Source: the human T2T-CHM13v2.0 reference genome, Homo sapiens
Strand: one strand, 5' to 3'
NCBI RefSeq assembly: GCF_009914755.1
Contig: NC_060940.1
Length of the DNA stretch: 64,000 nt
Positions 47,121 through 60,890 of the stretch are shown one piece after another. The position numbers were made by a program, and so were the translations under genes. Numbering within the stretch: the stretch's first letter is position 1; each line of letters starts with the position of its first letter. A model generated the notes under the pieces. That model was not told where the DNA came from. It did not search any database and saw only the letters and a list, made by a program, of their open reading frames with translations.

Positions 47121-47422
47121 GGCTGGGTGCGGTGTCTCACACCTGTAATCCCAGCACTTTGGGAGGCTGAGGTGGGCAGATCACCTGAGGTCAGGAGTTT
47201 GAGACCAGCCTGACCAACATGGTGAAACCCTGTCTCTACTAAAAATACCAAAATTAGCCAGGCGTGGTGGCACGTGCCTGTAGTCCCAGCTACTCAGGAG
47301 GCTGAGGCAAGAGAATCGCTTGAATCCGGGAGATGGAGTTTGCAGTGAGCCAAGATCATGCCACTGCACTCCACCCTGGGCGGCAGAGCGAGACTCTGTC
47401 AAAAAAAAAAAAAAAAAAAAAA
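47121..47422 (+). mobile_element. AluS
   Basis: TSD gagagagaca. Confidence 0.94.
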
Positions 47423-48094
47423 GAGAGAGACAATTTGGATATGATGGGCTTAGACTCAGGCATATATGGGTTCCAATACAGGCACCATCATTTGCTAGTC
47501 TTGTTGTCTTCAACCTCTCTGATCCCCTATTTTCTGATCTGCAAAATGGAGACCATCATATCACCTACCTCCTAGGTCGTTGTGAGATAAGGTGTTGAAA
47601 ACACGTGTCATAGTACCTGGCATATGGAAAGTAATAAATGCATGCAGTTCATTACTGGTATTAGTAGTACTGTTATTATCAGATGAGCAAATTAAAGGCT
47701 CTGAAAAGCCTTGTGGTAATAAAAACTGGTGAACTCTTTTTAACCCACCATTTCCCAAACACTTTTGACATCTGATCTCTTTGCTCTTAAGGAAGACCGA
47801 TGAACATCTTAACATTCAGTGGCATGAATGTTGCTGGGAACCTACTTTGGGAACATAGGGCGTGGGCAGAGAAGTAGGTAGAGGTGCAGATGTCACTGGG
47901 GAGCAGTGGGGGAGATGGGAAAAGGAAGAGGTAGCTGTCAAGGGGAAAGGACAAGGTCCTTGAAGATACAAGTTTCTTACTGCCACCTGCATTGATAATG
48001 ACTCCCTTTGGAGTGTGTCTGCCAGGACAGGAAATGATAAACATCATGCTAGTTGGTACGATTTATTTTTCACCACCTAGGGCTTCCCATGCAA

Positions 48095-48112
48095 GTTGCC
48101 CCCTAGTGGTCA
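48095..48112 (-). promoter_or_regulatory. CTCF core motif candidate
   Basis: Minus strand reads TGACCACTAGGGGGCAAC, close to the CTCF core CCACCAGGGGGCGC. Confidence 0.6.
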
Positions 48113-48193
48113 CTGCTATTGATCCACCCACGCCCAGCCTTGGAAACAACTGTCACACCATTTTAAAATCCACCCACCTGTCACACCTGTTTA

Positions 48194-48530
<337 letters not shown>

Positions 48531-48962
48531 AATCCACCCTGGAAGACACCATCTCAAGACCAGCAGACTGTCTTCACCAAGATGAAGCCGTGTCTTTGGA
48601 AATCTGTTTATTTTGCAAACAGAAACTTTAAACTTAAGCCCAGTGCTACAGCAAGGCAATCAAATTAGGAGAAACTGCCAGCATAGACTGCAGTGTAATC
48701 TCTCTGCTTCTGACTAGAATCAGCCTGCGTCCCCCTTTCCAAGCTACATACATGCTCCACGCTCCCATTTCTACCATTGCTCCAATAGAGGAAATCAGAG
48801 AATGTACTCTCTGTAGGTTTTGCACAGGGCTTGGCTTGGTATATAATAGGTGCTAAATAAGAGTAAAAGAGGCCAGTACTCACAAAGTCTCCATTTATCT
48901 CTGCTTTGGAGATAGCTCTTAGTCATCCTGATGGAATCTTTCAGAAGGAAATACACTTCACT

Positions 48963-49305
48963 AGGCCGGGCGTGGTGGCTCATGCCTGTAATCCCAGCAC
49001 TTTGGGAGGCCGAGGTGAGCAGATCACTTGAGGTAAGGAGTTCGAGACCATCCTGGCTAACATGGAGAAACCTCATCTCTACTAAAAATTGAAAAATTAG
49101 CCAGGTACAGTGGCATGTGCCTGTAGTCCCAGCTACCTGGGAGGCTGAGGCAAGAGAATGGCTTGAAACGTGGAGGCAGAGGCTGCAGTGAGCCAAGAAC
49201 ATGCCACTGCACTCCAACCTGAGAGAGAAGGAAGGAAGGAAGGGAGGGAGGGAGGGAGGGAAGGAAGGTAGGAAGGAAGGAAGGAAAAAAAGAAGGAAGG
49301 AAAGA
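48963..49305 (+). mobile_element. Alu ending in a (GGAA/GGGA)n tract
   Basis: Alu body to ~49222, then purine repeat. Confidence 0.9.
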
Positions 49306-50926
49306 CATTTCACCTAGCTTTTCTGCTTTTATACATGAGGAAACTGGGGTTTCCTAAAACCGCAAAAGAAAAGTACGTCACAACAGGACCAGGGTCCAGA
49401 CCTCAAAGAGGGGCTTGAGGACTTGACCCAGAATCACTGGAGACGCTTGTTACAAATGTAGATCCTGGGCCCACTCACTCCTAAGGAATTAGAACATCTG
49501 AGTGTCGTGTCCCAGTATTCATTTTTAAAATGCACCTCCTGGGTGATTCTTATGTACATTAGAGTTTAGACCTAGCTTTTCCTAATCCCCCACCCTAGAT
49601 GCAATCGCAGTTTGCGACACAGCATCCGTTTACATACCGGCGTTCTTCCCAATGTATTTTTGCTGTTTGCTGAAATAAAACTGTTTTCTTAGTGGTGATT
49701 TGAGCTGGGGCCACAGCTGGACGGTAACAGCATTGAAAGTGGATAGTGTTGGGTTTGGTTTCTTGCTCTGCCACTTATTGGCAGTGACAGAGTAATTTGT
49801 CAGCCAAATTATTTAACATCTCTGGACCTTAGTTCCTTCATCTGTCACGTGGAAAGAATGATATTGCCTGCCATGTCTCTTTAAGAGGGTTTAAATGAGA
49901 CAATGTACGTAAAATCGCTAAACCAGTGTCTAGCCCATAGTAGGTACTCAGTACATGCTAGTTCTTTCCTTCTTCTAAGAAAATTGACTTAGCCCAATGA
50001 GAAATGCTCATGCAGGAGGCACAAGACAATAGACAATGTGCAATAGGGTTACAGTTCCATTGGAGTGCATGCATCCTATAGACCATCCCAGGGGAGGGAA
50101 CACCCATCGAAAGGCAGCTTTAAAACATTACTTCATGAAATTTGGGCTTTTGCAATTTCCTGATTTTGGTTATTGGTTTGGTCATGAGCCGCCGGGTGCA
50201 AAGCAGGTGGAAGACAGGAGGGTGATGTGAGGTGAAGTTTTTTAATAAAAATCAAATCCTACTCGCTCCTGAGTTCAGTCCCCTTTGAAAAGCACACAGC
50301 AAGTGCTGGGATTTTGATGAGCTTCCTTGGGAACCCATAGGGCATGAAATGAATGCGCAAAGAGGGTTCTCTGGTTTGTAGAAAATGCTCTTGCATCAAG
50401 ATTGCAATAAACATTTGACTAGTTTGGCCGTGTGTCCTTCCGAGGCTAACCCAGCCAGATCCTGTTCATTCCAAAGCCATCTTGCGTGACACTCACAGCA
50501 CACACAGTAGGCAATCAACATATATTTTGTTAATAAATTATTAAATGAAACTGGGCATAGTGTTCAAAGGAAATTTTGTCTTTTCTGAAAAGGTACTGGG
50601 AAATGAGAATCAACCAGAGGGAAGTCTGGAAACCTGTATTCTAGACCCAATACTGGTTTATCCATGTGACAGTCTTTGAGCTTGGTATATAACAGGTGCT
50701 AAAATTTCCTCTCCTGAAAGATGGAAAGCTTGAGACTATTAATTTTTTTGCCCCCTGAGCCTCTGTAAGTAAATATCCCAGGTTTTGCTCTGATTACCTT
50801 ACCTTGTCATGTGCCCACCTCTGAACAAATTTGTAGGAGGAGGGCAAAGAAATGGAGAATGCCTGGGGCATGGGGAAGTGGAGGGATATGACATCCAAAC
50901 CACATGGATTAGGAATAGGAGAGAGG

Positions 50927-51188
50927 CTTTGGGAGGCCGAGGTGGGCAGATCACCTGAGGTCAGGAATTCAAGACCAACCTGGCCAACAGAGATGGTGAA
51001 ATTGTCTCTACAAAAATACAAAAATTAGCTGGGCATGATAGTGGGTGCCTGTAATCTCAGCTACTCAGGAGGCTGAGGCAGAAGAATCACTTGAACCCAG
51101 GAGGCGGAGGTTGCAGTGAGCCAAGATCACGCCACTGCACTCCAGCCTGGGTGACAGAGTGAGACTCCATCTCAGAAAAAGAAAAAAA
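50927..51188 (+). mobile_element. 5'-truncated AluS
   Basis: Starts at ctttgggaggccgagg; TSD gaatagga(g/a)agag. Confidence 0.92.
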
Positions 51189-52834
51189 GAATAGGAAAGA
51201 GATGCATCTCACCTGAAAATTGGGGGCTCTTCTTGGAAGTATGGTGAGTGAATGATGGGCATTTTTATCAGTCAGCTACTGCCACAATAACACTGCGTAA
51301 CAAATAACCTCAAATCTCATTGCTTAAAATGTATTTAGACCAGCATTTATTTAGATCAGGAGTCTATATTCCAGTGATTTCAGCTGATGTGGGAGGTTCT
51401 TCTTATCTCAGGTGATTTCACCCATCTCTCTGGGAGTTGGCTGGATGTTGGGTGATCTAGGCTGGTTTTAACTGGAATGACTTGGGTGACTTGACTCTGC
51501 TCCATGTGCCTCATCCTCAAATAAGGCAGCCCAGATATGGTCTCATGAGGGTGGGAGAGGTGCAAGAGAGAAATTCAAACCAGCAAGCACTTCTCCAAAT
51601 GCCTGTATGTCTCATGTCTGCTAACATCTCTTAGTCACACGGAACAGAGTGTAGAGATGGAGAAAGTCAAAGAATTGATTCATGCATTAATCTAACATAG
51701 GATCCCAAATCTCATAATTATCTACATTGACATGGTCCCAGGAAACTACAGCCAAGAGGAAGGTGACAAGTAGGGCTTAGAATTCTTTCCCTTAATTTGC
51801 TTCATTTAGAAAACCACCAGTTGTATGAAATTTCACCAGCTGGGAGGATGATTGGAAGACAGACCATGCAATGAATTTCTGGAAAAAAAAAATCTCTATC
51901 TATATAGCAGCAATGCACAGGAAGGCAGTGAGTGGATGCAGTTCCATCCAGAACCCTGTGTGGGAATCGGTGGGAGGGGATCTGTGCTCAGCCATGGCTG
52001 GAGAATGAGCCTGTCCACCGTTGTCCAGTAGCCTTTCAGAAGATGTTGACTGCACAGCAGGACTGCCTAAGTGAAGAGAGAAAGGGCCTGAGGTTTCAGA
52101 GGGCTCCTGGCAGCCACAACAAAGGGGGCCCATGGTACAGGCTGGACAGCTTTGTTGCAAAGCCCAAGCCAGGGGCTGTTTTAGAATTCTCCCTAGCAAA
52201 GGCTCCCTCCTCACTCTGGATTAATAGTTTGCCTATATATGGGATTTTAGAAAAAAAAAAAATCACAGTACCACCGCCTGTTGGGAGCCTTCAGGGTTAA
52301 GACTAAAAAAGGGCCAGGCTCCTGGACGCCTTTTTCCGGTTTTCTCTCTTAGAGCAATATGGCTTTGGGAAAGATATGGTGCCCCGTGGGGAGGGCCAGA
52401 TGCCCCGTGCTTCTTTAGGACCTGGTTCATGTGCAGCCTCCGCTACTTGTGTCTCTGCAGCAAGGCCCGGAGGCAGGTGAAGTGCAACTAATTCACCATA
52501 AAGACAAATCTTCCATCTACTCCCTGGTCCTCTCCTGCTTAGGAAACTCAGGCTTTTTTTTTCCTGCCTTTCTTGTTTCTGTCTGCTGAGACAGCCTCTG
52601 GAATCTGCACAACTTTATACCATGTAGTTCAAAAGAAGAGAGAAATACCTGGACTTTTTTTTTTTTTTTTTTTAACAACATGAACTCTTTCCCTATCACT
52701 TTTTAATTCAGCTTGTGAAGAAGAAGAAAGCAGAGACCGAGAAAACGGTCCTATATAAGTTAAATACTGTTTTACGGTACTAAAATGTCCCACAAATACA
52801 GTGCTTAAGAGAAAGAAGTATTTCTTTTTTAAAC

Positions 52835-53100
52835 AACTTTATTGAGATATGATTCACCTATCATACAATTCACCCATTTAAAGTGTAAAATCCAGTGGTT
52901 TTCAGAATGTTCACAGAATTGTGCAACCATCATTACAGTCAATATTAGAACATTTTCCTCATCCCAGAAAGAAACTCTATAACCATTAGTAGACATTTTC
53001 CATCTCTTACTGTCTTAGCAGTCCTCTCCCAGCTAACCCCTGGTTCAAGCAATGACTTGCCTATTTTGTGTCTTTATATATTTGCCTGTTTTGGATATAG
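52835..53100 (-). mobile_element. L1MB-like 3' end
   Basis: aactttattgagatatgattcac...caattcacccatttaaagtgta...gtgcaaccatca. Confidence 0.8.
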
Positions 53101-53119
53101 CTGTCTCATGTGATAGACC

Positions 53120-53490
53120 TGTATTAGTTTGTTTTCATGCTGCTGATAAAGACATACCCGAGACTGGGTAGTTTATAAAGGAAAGAGGTTCAATGGACTC
53201 ACAGTTCCACATGGCTGGGGAGGCCTCACAATCATGGTGGAAGGCCAAGGGGAAGCAAAACACGTCTTACATGGCAGCAGGCAAGAGAGTGTGTGCAGGG
53301 GAACTCCCCATTATAAAACCATCAGATCTCATGAGACTTATTCATTATCACAAGAACAGCACAGGAAAAACCCACCCCCATGATTCAGTTACCTCCCACC
53401 AGGTCCCTCCCACCAGGTCCCTCCCAAGACACTTGGGAATCATTATAATTCAAGGTGAGATTTGGGTGGGGATACAGCCAAACCATATCA
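53120..53490 (-). mobile_element. THE1C-like MaLR solo LTR
   Basis: tgtattagtttgttttcatgctgctgataaagac...ccaaaccatatca; flanks agacc/tgacc. Confidence 0.9.
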
Positions 53491-54360
53491 TGACCCAAGG
53501 AGAGTAATCCAGGTTGGTGGGCAGCTCTACTCCGAGTGGTCACTCCAGGACCCAGGTTCCTCCAACCTTGTTGCACTATGACTCTTACCATCTTGTCCTC
53601 ATCTGCATTGTTATAGTTGGTTGCTGTCACTGTGTAATTCTGGCCTGGGGGAAGAGGGAAGAGAGGAGACCTAGAACAAGGATTTCTTTTTTTAAAGCAA
53701 GTCAGGTAAAGCAGAAATAGGACACATCACTTTTGCTATTATTTCACTGGTGCGATATCAGTCTCATGGCCAAATGTGGCTTCCAGGAAGGCTGGTAAAT
53801 CTAGTTCTGAGTTGAGTGACCATGTGTCCAAGAAAAAGAAGGTAGACTAAATCTGATCTGGGAGATAAGAAGCAGGCAGCCACAGCATCTTCTCTGATGG
53901 GAATGTACATTTCAGGAGATGTACCATGCACTATGCATAATGTTCTGAGTTTTCGCAAGCCTTGTCTCGTTTACTTCTACACTGCACTCCACAAGGTGTG
54001 TGTGTATGTATATATATATATATATATACATACACACACCACAAGGTGTATATCCACAAGGTATATATAACATTATCCTAATTTTATAATCTTTATATTT
54101 TCTGATGACGACAGAAATAGCAGTTACTACCCTTTGGATACTTGCTATGAGGCAATGACATTGGCCTTTTTTCAGGATGCAACGTCCTCTACACGATTCT
54201 CTTCAATACTCTCCATCCCCAGGCCACATAGGCCTGGTTATTTTAGTTTCAATTTTATAGGTGAAGCTTAGAGATTTGAACCCAGATCCATCTGCTGTCA
54301 AAGTTTATACTCTTTCCTCCATATGGTAAAGAAGATTTTGTAGTCACAAAAGTCAGACAT

Positions 54361-54637
54361 GGCTGGGTGCGGTGGCTCATGCCTGTAATCCCAGTACTTT
54401 GGGAGGCTGAGGCAGGAGGATTGCTTGAGCTCAGGAGTTTGAGACAGGCCTGGACAACATAGTGAGACACCCTTCTCTACAAAAATAAAAACAAAAATAG
54501 CCAGGCATGGTGTTGCATGGCTATAGTCCTAGATTCTCGGGAGGCTGAGGTGGGAGGATCACTTGAACCCAGGAGGGTCAAGTCAGTAGTGAGCTCTGAT
54601 CATGCCACTGCACTTCAGCCTGGGTGACAGAGTGAGA
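54361..54637 (+). mobile_element. AluJ, tail lost
   Basis: J-type diagnostics. Confidence 0.9.
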
Positions 54638-54837
54638 TGTGCATATTTCCAAACTTTGTTATCTGTCATATAAAACTGGTGCATTGAATCCTTCAAACTC
54701 CCAGCCATATTAACTCCTCTTTCCTTCTCAACATTCCCAGATCTCATTTCTTGTTTTTCAAGACTGGGGGCTCTACCATAGCTTTCAAGAGCCTAGTGTA
54801 GGATTCAAAACCAACACGTTGGTTCTTTGTCATCATT

Positions 54838-55038
54838 TGTATCAGTCTGTTCTCATGCTGCGAATAAAGATGTACCTGAGACTGGGTAATTTATAAAGGA
54901 AAGAGGTTTGATGGACTGACAGTTCCACTTGGCTGGGGAGGCCTCAAAATCATGGTGGAAGGCCACGGAAGAGCAAAAGCATGCCTTACATGGCAGCAGG
55001 CAAGAGAGGGCATGTGCAGAGGAATTCCCCTTTATAAA
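54838..55038 (-). mobile_element. Truncated THE1 LTR
   Basis: tgtatcagtctgttctcatgctgcgaataaag...cccctttataaa, then homology ends. Confidence 0.85.
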
Positions 55039-56136
55039 TATTGTCAAAGAAGCAATATTCATTGTCCATTGCAGGCAATGTAGAATGCCTACATTGCAAT
55101 ATTCTATACTGCAGGCAAAAGCTTCCATAAATATTGAGTGTGATGGCCATAACTTGAGGCAGTGGAGCCAGGTGTCCTGGGTTCAAGTCTCAGCTCCATT
55201 TGTTGGATAAACAGCCAAAGCTCTCTGAGCCTCAGTTTCCCTACTTATAAAATAAAACCAATGGTAACACCTACCTCATTAGGATGTTGAGAGTATTGAA
55301 GGGGATAGCAAATGTAAATTCCTAGTGAAGGCAGTAGCATAGAACACACACTTAAGAAAGGTGAGCAATTACTCAGTTTGCCATTGACAAGAGTGGGGAA
55401 ATAGAGAGGAAGTCCCTGTCTCTACTCAGACTTCTGATATACCCAAACAGTCTCTTTAATCAATCCCTGCCTTCTTCACCTGACTTTATTCTACCTCCCT
55501 TCCCCCGAGCTAGGTCTGCTAAAGAGTATCCAGGTCTCTGCAAATTCTCAGACAGGAAAATGGATCCTAGTTCGCCTGTCTGCGACATAAAAGCACTTAA
55601 CCTGAGCTCCAGCCCTTCAATCCCTGTAAAGAACAGATGACTCAGTCTTCGGTGATACAGACTGAATGACCAGGAGATGTAATATCCTGCCCATTTCTCA
55701 TATTTCAGGGACTGTCATTGGAACTGGAATATCATCAGTGCTTTCCTTCTTTCATCACGTGCATATTATTGCACGCCTGCTGTATACCAGGCACTGGGCT
55801 GGACGTTGAGGATACAGCAGTGAGCAGAACAGACACAACCTCTGCCCTAAGTGGAGCTTTATATTCTGGTTAAGGGAGACAGAGCATACACAAGTAACCA
55901 AAAAAGATAACTTTATATAGTAATATGAGCTATGAACATATTAAAATAGGGATAGGTCATCAGAGCCATTGGTGGAGGTGTCTTCTTTGGGTATTAGGAG
56001 GGTTTTTCAGGAGGTAGCCTTTGGTCACAGGTCCAGATGACAAGTAGTATTTAGGCAGAGGAAACAGCAGGGATGATGTCCAAAGGTCCTGAGATGGTGA
56101 CAAGCTTGGCGTGTTCAGGAACAGAAAGGAATCTCA

Positions 56137-56585
56137 TGTATAGTGGAATAGTACCCCCCTAAATCCTTGTCCATTCAGAACCTCAGGCTGGGAATGCACA
56201 TGGAAATAGAGTCTTTGCAGAGGTCATTGAGTTGAGGATATATTGAATTAATGTGGGCCCTAATCCTGTGGCTGATATCCTTATAAGAAGGGAGAAATTT
56301 GGACACATAAACACACGCACACACACATACACACACATGGAAAATGGCCACGTGAAGTCCAAGGCAGAGATTGGAATGATGTAGCTTACAAGGCAAGAGA
56401 TGCCAAGGATTGCCAGCAACCACCAGAAATTCGAAGAGGCAAGAATGGATCCTCTAGCAGAGCCTTCAGATGGAGCATGGCCCGGCCAACTTCTGGCCTT
56501 TGGAACTGCAAGAGAATGTATTTCTGCTGTTTTAAGCCATCAAGTTTGTGGTACTTTGTGATGGCAGCTTTAACAAACGAACACA
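56137..56585 (+). mobile_element. MLT1C-like MaLR LTR
   Basis: ggaaatagagtctttgcagag...gggccctaatcc...caaggattgccagcaaccaccagaa...aagccatcaagtttgtggtactttg. Confidence 0.8.
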
Positions 56586-58303
56586 CACTGTGATGTGTTC
56601 ACAATAGGTATGGAGCAGAGGAGGGTGCATAAGTAGCTAGAGTCCACGTCAAACAGACCTCAGGGACCACTGCAAAGAATTTGGATTTTGTTCTTAAGTG
56701 TAATGAGAAGATTAATTGCTGTCTTTTATCATACCCTTGAGCGAAAGGCAGAAACCGATGAGGAAATGTGAAAGCTTTGGTTGGGGCATTGCTTACCAGG
56801 TGAAATCCATCACCTGTGACCCAGGAATATTACCAAGAAAGAATGAGTGGTAGGAACCCCTCCCTAAGATATCTTTGCCTCAAGGAAAGGAGGTAGGTGG
56901 GAGGCTGCCTGCTGAGACCCTCAGATGTGCAGCTTGTTTTGGGAACTGGTTATTACCTTGACGTTCTCCCTTTCCACGGAAGCCAGGCTCCATCCCGCCC
57001 CGCACCTGTACAAGTGTCTGCTGCTAATTAAGAGAGAGACAGATGGAGGAAGGTATAGTTTAATTTTACAGCCCCAGTTTCTTCAAGGCAATTAGGCTCA
57101 TTAGAAGGAAAGCACCTTTTCCTTTCTTCTTCTTCTTTTGTAAATGAAGAAAAGTCAAATAGGAGAGGGCCAGTGTTGTTGAAAGGCTCACACATCTGTT
57201 TCCTGGTCAGTTTGTCGGCCATCTGCCCATGAGGTACCGGGGCTGATTAGGTTAATGCATTTATTAATGGGGCTTACAAGACTGTTCAATGAATCTGTTA
57301 TTCTTTTGCAAGTAGCTTTTTAATATACTAAGACAGGGACTACACTGCACAAAGCCAAGAGTGGCTAGATAAGCATTTCTTTCCCCTCACCTGGCTCCAA
57401 ACCAGAGGGGAACAGAAACATTATGAAAACAGGTTTTCATGAAAACTGCACTTCCAGGTAATGGAAATGATTCATCCATCTAACCTCTAACCACCTCCTT
57501 GTTGTTGAAATAGTCTTGAAAATATCTCTTTGGAGGATAGTTTCATGCACCAGGCACCAGTTCAGTGCCTACACTGTGCTTCTCTAAGAGACCACCTGAG
57601 TCCTAGGGTGGGAGAATGGTTAGTTAAATGAATAGGCATGAATGATATAATCTTGCCTATAGGACATTAGATGGCCTGAGGATCCCTTGCCTTCTTCATC
57701 TATAACTCAGATATCCTTTCAGGTTCTTGAAGCTACTCGGCTCCTTCTCACCTCAAAGCTTTTGCAAATGCTGTCATGTATCAGTTATCAACTGCTGCAT
57801 AACAAATGACTCCAAATCTTAGTTGCTGAGCATAGCAACCATTTATCGAGATCATGATTCTGGGTCAACGGAGAAGTTCTTGTTTGGGCTGGATTGGCTC
57901 CTCTCAGTTGGATTTTCTTGGTATCTGGGTCTGCTGTTAGGTGGCTGATGGTCTAAGATGGCCTCACTGAACATACTGCAGTTAGCAGTTGGTTAGTTGT
58001 GTTGAACAGGGGTAACTGGTCTATGGGTTTCTCATCCTCCAGGAGTCTAGGGGATCCCTTCTTCACATGGAGGCAGATTTCAAGAGCCTTAGAGTAGAAG
58101 TTGCTAGAATCTACTGGTCCAAGCTCACCATAATGCCAGAACATATTCAAGGCATGGGGAAATAGATTCCACTTCTTGATGGTAAGAGCTGCAAAGTATT
58201 TTGGTCATTCTTGGAATATGCCACATATTCCCTCACGTGGGTTGCTCTTTCTGTTACTCTTCACCTTCTGATCTCAGCTTAAAGAGTTCTTTCTCAAGAG
58301 GCA

Positions 58304-59107
58304 GGATGAATGCCTGCCTCTCTAGTAGAATGTTTATTCCAGGATGGCAGGAACCATGTCTGCTTCTGTTTCCGATTGTCTTTCATATTTCAAGTGTCCA
58401 GCATATGGTGGGTACCTGTTTGATGAATGACTAAATGATTGAACAAACAGCTCGAAGACTGCAGCATGGAGAATGGATTACAGGAGGTGAAACAAGGCAA
58501 GGAGGCCAGTTTGGTTACTGAAGTAGAACAATGTTCAAAGGGGGTAGGAGAAAGGGAATAGGTTAAGGAAATATTTGTTAGATATAGCTGGAAGGACTTG
58601 TTGGTTTGACAGTTGTGCTGCAAGAGAAGAGGAGAATGAAGTCAACCATTGCTCCCAAATTTCTGGCATAAGTGGCTAAGGAGTGAGTGGTCCCACGTGA
58701 GATGTAAGGAAAAGGCTGAAGAACAGATCTGAGTAATGTTGCTGGGTTCAGGGATGACAACCTTGGGCCAGAGATGCTATTGAATCTGTCCGGGAGGTAA
58801 CTGGATATATAAATTTTGAAGTCTAAAGGGGAATCTTAGATTATTTTTCTGTTGAAGTTTCATGGCACTGGAAATCTTGAACTTTCCTCTAAAAGGCAGG
58901 AAAATAGGTTCAAATCCCAGCTGTAATGTTAGCTTGTGCTACCTTAAACAATAAAGCTTCCCTGACCACCAACTCCCTCCTGATCAGATCAAGGCCCCTT
59001 TGTGTGCCCTTTCATGGAGTAAACTAGGCACTCAACAAACATGGTGGGTGGAAGAAGGAAAGAAGGGAGACAGAAAAGAAGGCAGCTTGGTTTGGATGAA
59101 TGCCTGC
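58304..59107 (+). repeat. Permuted local duplication: Y (58304-58952) then X (58963-59107)
   Basis: Y matches 61363-62699 once the LTR and one extra 153-bp copy are removed; X matches 61232-61376. Confidence 0.92.
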
Positions 59108-59914
59108 TTTGTGCCTAGTAAGTTGCCTACCATAGAGTAAGTGTTCAAACAATGTCTGTCAAATTTAATCCAGGGCTTCTTTCTTAAGGCAGGGAATAGG
59201 TAAAATATAGGTATTGAGCATTTACTACATTCCAGGAATTGTGCTGTGTAGCAGGTGTATCTCATGCAATTCATTGCTCACATTAAATCCAAGAGTGGTT
59301 AATATTATCCCCATTTCACACCTAAGGAAACAGGCATAAATGGTTAAGTGGTGTTCCCAAGGTCTCATAAACTCAGATCTGTCTCATTCCAGAGCCTGCA
59401 GACTTTCTTTTTCACTCCACTCTTGCCCCAAGTACCAAACACTTTCTGTGCTCAGGGAGTACCCAATACCAGATTCACCAAGCAACCAGCTCAGAGTTAG
59501 GTTAGGAGGATGGTGTGGATTCTCCATGTGGGACCCACTGTTTCCTCTTAATGGGATTTTCCCCCCATCTGCACGGATATGGACAGACTTGAATGCCTCT
59601 GTATCTACTTTTCTTTAGAACTTTCTGAGGGGACATCATGTATTGAAGCTGCTGGGATGCTTAACTCATAATTTATTTTGTCTGCTTCTCAGAAACAGGA
59701 ACCATTGAATGCATCCCTTGCTCAGAGCAGACCTCAGACTGGTCTGATGTCTGGAAAGAGGAACATGGGAAAGAATGATGCTGGATCATTATAAGACATT
59801 TAATGAGGGCGAGTGAGATTTTTCAGTGAAAGATTACTGGGAGGAAAGTGAGAAAGATAGCTTCCACCCCTATTCTTGCCCTATATTCTCTATGTTCTCA
59901 CTGTATTTTGCTCA

Positions 59915-60060
59915 TATATTTTTTTTAATTTTTAAGTTCAGGAGTACAAGTGCAGGTTTGTTACATAGGTAAACTTGTGTCATGGGGGTTTGTCGTACAG
60001 ATTATTTCATCCCCCAGGTATTAAACCTAGTACTTATTATTTTTCCTGATCCTCTCCCTC
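59915..60060 (-). mobile_element. Older L1PA 3' end fragment
   Basis: ttttaagttcaggagtacaagtgcaggtttgttacataggtaaac. Confidence 0.85.
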
Positions 60061-60094
60061 TTCCCTCTCTCATCATTCATCAAATATTTACTGA

Positions 60095-60383
60095 GGCCAG
60101 GTGTGGTGGCTCACACCTGTAATCCTAGCCCTTCGGGAGGCCAAGGTGGGTGGATCACTTCAGGTCAGGACTTTGAGGCCAGCCTGGCCAACATGGAAAA
60201 ACGCTTCTCTACTGAAAATACCAAAATCAGCCAGGAGTGGTGTCACATACCTGGAATCCTAGCTACTTGGGAGGCTGAGACAGGAGAATCACTTCAGCCC
60301 AGGAGGCAAAGGCTGTAGTGAGCTAAGACTGTGCCACCGCACTCCAGCCTGGGTGACAGAGCGAGACACTGTCTCAAAAAAAA
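60095..60383 (+). mobile_element. Alu (J/S)
   Basis: Alu arms with short tail. Confidence 0.9.
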
Positions 60384-60711
60384 TTTGACTGAGTCCTTAA
60401 TATCTGCCAGGAACTAGGCTGGACATTGCTTATATAATGCTGGCCAAAAGTCATACCTCATCTTGGAACGCTAGTGAGTGAGACGGATGATAATGAATGA
60501 ACTGCACAAACAAGTATAAAATGACAGTCATGATAAATGCCACGGGAGGAGCTTATTATGGAGAGATCTGACTTTATCGGACTTTCTAGAAGGGAGAGGG
60601 ACCTCAGGGGAGAGGCAGCTGGGCATAATAGGAGTGAAGTGATACTTCCCTTTAGTTCTCTAACAAAAAACACCCCTATGTGCTGGAACTGTGAAAACGG
60701 CAGAGGCTATC

Positions 60712-60890
60712 CCTGTGGTTCTCAACCCTGGCTGCATATTAGAATCACCTGAGGGACTTAGAAAATATATGTCTGGGCCACAATCTCTGAAATTCTGATC
60801 AAATGGTTTTGGGAAGGGGTCCAGGTGTCTGAACACTTTTAAAGCTCCCCCATGTGATTTCCATGTACTGCCAGGACTGAGAACCACTGA
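60712..60890. mobile_element. MER5-type hAT element (similar fragments near 36280-36460, 46385-46500, 49420-49570)
   Basis: ctgtggttctcaaccctggctgcatattagaatcacctg...gactgagaaccactg terminal inverted repeats. Confidence 0.75.
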
